Shown piece by piece: positions 58,437 through 64,000 of a stretch of DNA of 64,000 nucleotides. The stretch comes from an uncultured Aquiluna sp. (lineage in GTDB: Bacteria > Actinomycetota > Actinomycetes > Actinomycetales > Microbacteriaceae), in contig CAJYLB010000001.1 in NCBI GenBank assembly GCA_913775595.1, positions 186,001-250,000 on the forward strand. The letters are read 5' to 3'. Under the pieces are notes generated by a model. The model saw only the letters and a list, made by a program, of their open reading frames with translations, had not been told where the DNA came from and made no database searches. Position numbers and translations under genes: made by a program. Each line of letters starts with the position of its first letter. Position 1 is the first letter of the stretch.

Positions 58437-59259
58437 GGCACTCGCCACCATTTCGCAGCGGCTTCAGGCCGTTGGCATAGTGTCATTTGATGCAGAGAGT
58501 GAGATTCTGCTTGCCGACTTTCTTGGGGTCTCACGAGGCGAGTTGACCGCAATGGTTCTCACCGGAGAGAGTCGGGATCTCTCACAGCTCGAGGGTCTAG
58601 TTAGAAGACGTGAGCAAAGAGAACCCCTCCAGCACATAACCGGTAAAGCTCCGTTCAGGTCAGTCGAGCTGCAGGTCGGCCGTGGGGTATTTGTGCCAAG
58701 GTTTGAGACAGAGATGGTGACCCAAATAGGAATTGACTTTCTGAGGTCTCTACCATCCGCGGGTCGTGCGGTTGATGTTGGAACTGGTTCTGGCGCGATA
58801 GCAATATCCTTAGCGAGAGAAACCCCGGCAACCGTTGTGGCAGTAGAGGCCTCAGAGGATGCCGCAGAGTTCGCAAGGCGAAACATTGAGACTTTGGCGC
58901 CTTCGGTTGAGCTGATAGTTGGTGACTTTGCAGCCGAGCTGCCCAAGCAGGAGAGTCTGGACCTAGTAATCAGCAATCCGCCATACATACCTGCGAACGC
59001 AGTGCCCATCGACCCAGAGGTTAGGGACCACGATCCTGAACTAGCTCTCTACTCGGGCGAGGATGGACTCAATGCAATTCGCGAGCTGGCGGTGGTTGCT
59101 CAAGTTCCTCTGAGGTCAGGAGGGTTGCTTGTGATCGAGCACGCCGACGGGCAGTCAGATGATGTTCGTGAATTACTATTGTCGGAGGGCTGGCGCTCGG
59201 TGAGCGTGCATCCTGATAACACGGGAAGACTGCGCGCTGTCAGCGCCTTGAGAAAGTAG
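58411..59259 (+). CDS. prmC: Release factor glutamine methyltransferase (start uncertain)
   Basis: [25 protein letters not shown] and NPPY. Confidence 0.92.
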   Translation: MAIPNLLTEALATISQRLQAVGIVSFDAESEILLADFLGVSRGELTAMVLTGESRDLSQLEGLVRRREQREPLQHITGKAPFRSVELQVGRGVFVPRFETEMVTQIGIDFLRSLPSAGRAVDVGTGSGAIAISLARETPATVVAVEASEDAAEFARRNIETLAPSVELIVGDFAAELPKQESLDLVISNPPYIPANAVPIDPEVRDHDPELALYSGEDGLNAIRELAVVAQVPLRSGGLLVIEHADGQSDDVRELLLSEGWRSVSVHPDNTGRLRAVSALRK

Positions 59260-59266
59260 GGAAAGC

Positions 59267-59929
59267 TTGCAGAGGGTTTATGACTGCTCGGTGGACACCG
59301 ACCTTTTGACAGGCTTTCGGCTTGCCAAGGTCTCGCTCGACCGCAACGAGTTGGTTGTCCTCCCAACTGACACTGTCTACGGCATTGCCGCTAATGCGTT
59401 CAGCGCCAAGGGCGTCGAGGCACTTCTAAATGCCAAGGGTCGGGACAGGACGATGCCGCCACCGGTCTTGATACCTAAAGTTGAAACAATGTCGGCGCTC
59501 GCTGCCGATCTACCGCTGGTTGCAAATCAGTTGGCAGCTGCCTTCTGGCCCGGAGCACTCACCATGGTCCTCAAGGCTCAACGCTCGCTCGAGTGGGATC
59601 TGGGTGAAACTCGAGGAACAGTCGCCCTTCGTGTCCCAGATCACAAGATCACCCTTGCGCTCTTGGAAGACGTTGGTCCGCTTGCGGTCTCAAGTGCGAA
59701 CCTGACCGGTAAGGATGCGGCTGTCAACGTGCAGCAGGCAGTGGAGCATTTTGGCGACAAAGTGGCTGTCTATCTTGACGGTGGAGCATCGCCCAAGGCC
59801 GAGGCTTCCACGATTTTGGATCTGACTCAGGTTCGTGACGGAGAACCCATTCGGGTCCTCCGAAAGGGAGCAATCTCTCTCGACAGAATTCGATCTGTCA
59901 TCGGCAACGTGGAGCTAGAGGTCGACTAG
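59267..59929 (+). CDS. tsaC: L-threonylcarbamoyladenylate synthase
   Basis: PTDTVYG, KGR, WPGALT, SSAN and STI. Confidence 0.92.
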   Translation: MQRVYDCSVDTDLLTGFRLAKVSLDRNELVVLPTDTVYGIAANAFSAKGVEALLNAKGRDRTMPPPVLIPKVETMSALAADLPLVANQLAAAFWPGALTMVLKAQRSLEWDLGETRGTVALRVPDHKITLALLEDVGPLAVSSANLTGKDAAVNVQQAVEHFGDKVAVYLDGGASPKAEASTILDLTQVRDGEPIRVLRKGAISLDRIRSVIGNVELEVD

Positions 59930-61053
59930 TGCGGGCCTACTTCCTGGTCGCTCTGATCACGGCAATCGTGACCTTTGGTGCGACCTGGGGAGTCAGATCA
60001 CTTGCTAAGCGCTACAACATCACACCAGCGATACGCGATCGCGATGTTCATAAATCTCCGACCCCGCGCATTGGCGGTCTTGGCATGCTTATTGGGCTCT
60101 TCGCTGGGTTCTATGCGGCCGGGAGCTTTGGTTGGTTTGAATCGATTTTCACGGAACCAGGTCCGATTTGGGCAATCATCGGTGCGGGTGGGCTCATTGT
60201 CGTAATCGGTTTGCTTGATGATCTCATCGAGCTTGACTGGACAGCGAAGATGGGTGGCCAGATGGCTGCCGCCTGGATTCTCGCCTCCTCAGGCGTGCAG
60301 ATTGTTTCTCTCCCAATCGGGGGCATCACTGTAGGTAGCTTTGGAGTCTCTCTGGCTATCACCGTGTTCGTCGTGGTGCTGGTAATGAACGCGGTCAACT
60401 TCATAGATGGGCTCGATGGCTTAGCGGCTGGGGTGGTGGCCATCGGGACCTTTGCGTTCTTCATCTATACCTACCTGCTTGCTCAGCAGACCTCACCAAC
60501 CAACTACTTCTCAACCGCGGGCCTGCTATCCGCGATTGTTTTGGGTTTGGTTTTTGGTTTTCTTCCCCACAACTGGCGTCCTGCGAAGATCTTTATGGGT
60601 GACTCAGGTGCGATGCTACTCGGGCTGCTGATGGCGACCAGCGCCATTCAGGTGACTGGGTCAATTGACCCTGCGACAGTCACCAGTAACGACCTGCTTC
60701 CAGCCTTGATACCTCTTGCTCTGCCGGTCTTTATTCTCGTGCTCCCACTGCTGGATCTTCTGCTTGCTGTCGTGAGGCGCCTGAGAAGGGGTAAATCACC
60801 GTTTGCTCCGGACAAGGAGCACATCCACCACCAGCTCCAGGACATTGGCCATTCTCACCAGGGTGCCGTTCTCGTCTTTTATCACTGGACCGCTTTTGTC
60901 TCGACAAGTTTGCTGCTGTTTTTCTGGCTTGAGCTGGCACAGGTGTTGATAATCTTTGGCTTCTGGCAGATTCTGGCTCTGGTACATACCTACTGGCCAG
61001 TATTTGCGAGGGTGGCGAAACGTAGGAGGCGAAATGCAGCGAAACAGCGCTGA
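59929..61053 (+). CDS. wecA: Polyprenyl-phosphate GlcNAc-1-phosphate transferase (WecA/Rfe, MraY-like)
   Basis: PRIGG, GLLDD, NAVNFIDGLDGL, FMGDSG and HIHH; conserved position before the atp operon. Confidence 0.88.
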   Translation: MRAYFLVALITAIVTFGATWGVRSLAKRYNITPAIRDRDVHKSPTPRIGGLGMLIGLFAGFYAAGSFGWFESIFTEPGPIWAIIGAGGLIVVIGLLDDLIELDWTAKMGGQMAAAWILASSGVQIVSLPIGGITVGSFGVSLAITVFVVVLVMNAVNFIDGLDGLAAGVVAIGTFAFFIYTYLLAQQTSPTNYFSTAGLLSAIVLGLVFGFLPHNWRPAKIFMGDSGAMLLGLLMATSAIQVTGSIDPATVTSNDLLPALIPLALPVFILVLPLLDLLLAVVRRLRRGKSPFAPDKEHIHHQLQDIGHSHQGAVLVFYHWTAFVSTSLLLFFWLELAQVLIIFGFWQILALVHTYWPVFARVAKRRRRNAAKQR

Positions 61054-61438
61054 TCTGTTCGGGCTCGCTCTAAAGCTCTCGCTCCTGCTGGCCGTTGTCA
61101 TCGCCGCTCTCGGATCGCTTGTCGGGCTGCTGATCTTTGGTCTGCCCGGGGTCTATTCGGCACTTATTGCGGCTGCAGTGTCGGTCAGCTTTGGTGTTTT
61201 GACGATTCTTAGCATTCGAATCGGCAGCAGGCTGCCGCTCAATGGATTTTACGGTCTCGTTCTCGGAGGCTGGCTACTCAAGATATTGCTCTTTGCTGTT
61301 TTGCTTGGAGCGTTGCAGGGTGCAGAGTTTATGTCGGGTCCTATGTTCTTTTTCGCAATTGTGACATCGGTTTTGGGTGGCCTTTCGATTGATTCTTACC
61401 TCGTGCTGAGCTCAAAGCTGCCCGCGGTCGAAAATTAG
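61034..61438 (+). CDS. atpI: ATP synthase protein I-like membrane protein
   Basis: Four hydrophobic segments, AGGAGG SD before ATG 61034, directly upstream of atpB. Confidence 0.65.
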   Translation: MQRNSADLFGLALKLSLLLAVVIAALGSLVGLLIFGLPGVYSALIAAAVSVSFGVLTILSIRIGSRLPLNGFYGLVLGGWLLKILLFAVLLGALQGAEFMSGPMFFFAIVTSVLGGLSIDSYLVLSSKLPAVEN

Positions 61439-61568
61439 TCTGCCAATTTTGGAATTGGGTAAGTTTGGCCCTTGTTGGTCTTGTAAACTCTTGGAGAAAT
61501 CCAAACCATGCAAAGTGCGGCCTAGGTCGCCCTAACAGGGGAGAACTATCCTGTTCACTGCTCTGAAG

Positions 61569-62369
61569 TTGGCGGCCGAGGACGGCCAATTTAGCCCGCC
61601 GACGATTTACGAGTTCTACCCCGAGGTATTCCTTTTTGAGGGAACTCCCTTTGCAATAAACCGAATCATGATGATTCGACTCATCGTCATGGTTTTGCTA
61701 CTCGTACTTTTCTGGCTCTGGGCTCGGAAGTTTAACCAGTCGGTGAAAGCGGGCCAGGTAGTTCCCGGTCGTTTCCAGTTGCTTGGTGAGATGGCGCTGA
61801 ACTTCGTCAGAAAGTCCATTGCTCACGATCAGCTTGGTGAAAAGGACGGCGATAGGTTCCTGCCACTTCTTACGACCATCTTCTTCATGGTGCTTGGCAT
61901 GAACATAACCGGAATCATTCCATTCGCGAACATTGCCGGAACCTCGGTAATCGGTATTCCACTGGTTTTGGCTGCGGCTGCGTACGTAACGTTCATTTAC
62001 GCGGGCATCAAACGTCACGGCATGGGCTTTTTCAAGAATGCCCTGTTCCCATCGGGCGTTCCGGTCTATTTCTACACACTGGTGACACCTATCGAGTTCT
62101 TGTCGACCTTCATTCTTCGTCCTGTCACCTTGGCGCTTCGTCTTCTGATGAACATGGTTGCTGGCCACCTGCTTTTGGTGCTGTGTTTCTCGGCGACGCA
62201 CTTCTTCTTTTTCCAGGCGGAGGGAATCTTCCAGTTCTTTGGGGCGGGAACCTTGCTATTTGGCTTTGCCTTTACCCTCTTTGAAATTTTGGTGTCTGTC
62301 TTGCAGGCATACGTATTCACACTTCTGACCACTGTCTACATCCAGTTGGCATTGGCAGACGAACACTAA
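61569..62369 (+). CDS. atpB: F0F1 ATP synthase subunit a (true start possibly CTG at 61551)
   Basis: PGRFQ, PIEFLS, RPVTLALRLLMNMVAGH and LQAYVF. Confidence 0.95.
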   Translation: MAAEDGQFSPPTIYEFYPEVFLFEGTPFAINRIMMIRLIVMVLLLVLFWLWARKFNQSVKAGQVVPGRFQLLGEMALNFVRKSIAHDQLGEKDGDRFLPLLTTIFFMVLGMNITGIIPFANIAGTSVIGIPLVLAAAAYVTFIYAGIKRHGMGFFKNALFPSGVPVYFYTLVTPIEFLSTFILRPVTLALRLLMNMVAGHLLLVLCFSATHFFFFQAEGIFQFFGAGTLLFGFAFTLFEILVSVLQAYVFTLLTTVYIQLALADEH

Positions 62370-62621
<252 letters not shown>

Positions 62622-62623
62622 GC

Positions 62624-63178
62624 ATGATTACCAAGATTCTTGCAGCGACTGCACCCGAGGGTGGTGAACAACCAAATCCGCTGATTCCGGCTGACTACGA
62701 CATCATCTGGTCTTCCGTAATCTTCGTGATTCTGCTCACCTTCTTCTGGTTCAAGGTCCTGCCAGGGTTCAAGAACATGCTCGATGAGCGAGCAAAGGCA
62801 ATTGAAGGACGCCTAGCTGAGGCTGAGGAGGCCCAAAAGGCCGCCGAGCACCGCACGGCGCTCGTTCTGGCCGAGCAGGAAAAGCTTCGCAGCGAGGCTT
62901 CTAGCATCCGCGAGGAGGCTAGGAGCGAAGGTGCGCAGATTCTTGCCGAGCTCAAGGAGCAGGCGGCTCAGGATGTTGAGCGGCTAACTGAGACCACCAA
63001 GAGCTCCCTGCTTGCCGAGCGCGACTCTGCAGCAAGGGCTCTACAGGGTGAAATCGGCGCCTTGGCAATTGAACTTGCGTCTCGAATCGTTGGCGAGAAG
63101 CTCAAGGACGACAAAGTGGCAAACAAGGTCGTCGACGACTTCATCAGCGAACTCGAGGGTAAGAAGGCGAGTAAGTAA
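62624..63178 (+). CDS. atpF: F0F1 ATP synthase subunit b
   Basis: Single N-terminal TM, LDERAKAI and a long charged helix. Confidence 0.94.
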   Translation: MITKILAATAPEGGEQPNPLIPADYDIIWSSVIFVILLTFFWFKVLPGFKNMLDERAKAIEGRLAEAEEAQKAAEHRTALVLAEQEKLRSEASSIREEARSEGAQILAELKEQAAQDVERLTETTKSSLLAERDSAARALQGEIGALAIELASRIVGEKLKDDKVANKVVDDFISELEGKKASK

Positions 63179-63967
63179 ATGGCCTCATCAACCCGGCAAT
63201 CACGTTTAGCGCTCCAGGAGAAACTGGATTCACTAAGCGGCATCGATCTAAAGCTCGCTGGCGAGCTTTTCACCATCTCCAATGCCATTCAGCAGAGCGC
63301 CCAGCTGCGCTCCATGCTTTCGGATCCTTCCGCCGAGGCGGCAAATAAAGAGAAGGTAGTCGATGCAGTTTTTGCCGGGGCGATGGATAAGGCCAAGAGC
63401 CTTGCCAAGGCGGCAGCATCTATGCGCTGGAGTGCCTCGCGCGACATCGCGGCGGCTCTTGAGCAGGCTGGGGTAAGGGCCGTTGCCTCCCAGAGCAAGG
63501 ATCTAGATGGCCTGCAGACCGAGCTCTTTGAGATTGGTCAGCTCAGCTCACATGATCCAGAGTTGGAGCTCGCACTCTCTTCAACCAGAGCGCCACAGGA
63601 TGGCAAAGCTGAATTGGTAGCAAAGCTGCTGGCAAAGAAAGTTTCTGAGGCAGCGCTAGTGCTTGCAAAGCAGGCGGTTTACTCCAGAAGCTACAAGAGG
63701 TTTGCCGAGGTCATTGAGCAGTATGGACTTTGGCTGGCCGAGTTTGCAGGGGAGTCTGTAGCACACGTCACCGTGGCTAAGCAGCTATCGAAGGAGCAGG
63801 TTGACCGCCTAGGCAAGGCCCTGGCGAAGGCCTTTGGCCGAGAGCTGCAGCTCAATGTTGAGGTAAACGAAGAGGTTATTGGTGGCGTTCACGTCACCGT
63901 GAATGGTGAGGTCATTGACGGCACTGTTCTAACAAAGTTGGTAAACGCAAGATTGCAGCTCAGCTGA
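63179..63967 (+). CDS. atpH: F0F1 ATP synthase subunit delta
   Basis: LSDPS, RWS, VIGGVHV and EVIDGTV; operon position. An SD plus 'AT' at 63999-64000 marks the probable atpA start. Confidence 0.93.
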   Translation: MASSTRQSRLALQEKLDSLSGIDLKLAGELFTISNAIQQSAQLRSMLSDPSAEAANKEKVVDAVFAGAMDKAKSLAKAAASMRWSASRDIAAALEQAGVRAVASQSKDLDGLQTELFEIGQLSSHDPELELALSSTRAPQDGKAELVAKLLAKKVSEAALVLAKQAVYSRSYKRFAEVIEQYGLWLAEFAGESVAHVTVAKQLSKEQVDRLGKALAKAFGRELQLNVEVNEEVIGGVHVTVNGEVIDGTVLTKLVNARLQLS

Positions 63968-64000
63968 GCTGAAATAAGTAAAGGAATAAGAGGAAGCAAT

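Noticed and set aside
61508..61525. Five-codon uORF (MQSAA) before atpB
   Set aside because: Too short to support from sequence alone, with no attenuator structure.

Overview
Core chromosome of a streamlined, mid-GC Actinomycetota genome. Gene content, gene order and very tight packing suggest Microbacteriaceae, possibly the small-genome Aquiluna/Rhodoluna group (inference). About 60 CDS and 4 tRNAs (Gln-CTG, Glu-CTC, fMet-CAT, Arg-CCG) are supported: gltX; leuCD-murA-plsC-gpsA-ddl; thiL; dapD/dapE; the tatB/mrp/DUF1003/MgtE-N block; pepP/PHP/DEAD helicase; adnAB-uvrD2; an E1-like/zincin/PDZ-Lon/UPF0182 block; htrA; pncB-murI-rph-rdgB; a GH13 glucosidase; and argS-lysA-hom-thrC-thrB-rho-prfA-prmC-tsaC-wecA-atpIBEFH up to the probable atpA start. 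I found no integrase, transposase, prophage, CRISPR array or defence island. The most interesting signals are regulatory or involve pseudo-enzymes. (1) A DnaA-box-like decamer starts exactly 48 nt before the apparently leaderless starts of two unrelated uncharacterised units (an E1/ThiF-like gene and a lipoprotein + Cys-rich beta-protein pair after tRNA-fMet). (2) A ClgR-type operator lies between a degenerate zincin and a PDZ-Lon protease. (3) A PafBC-type promoter precedes adnAB. (4) Several symmetric bidirectional leaderless promoters are visible. (5) atpB probably starts at CTG. All calls come from reading motifs by eye; no database searches were run.
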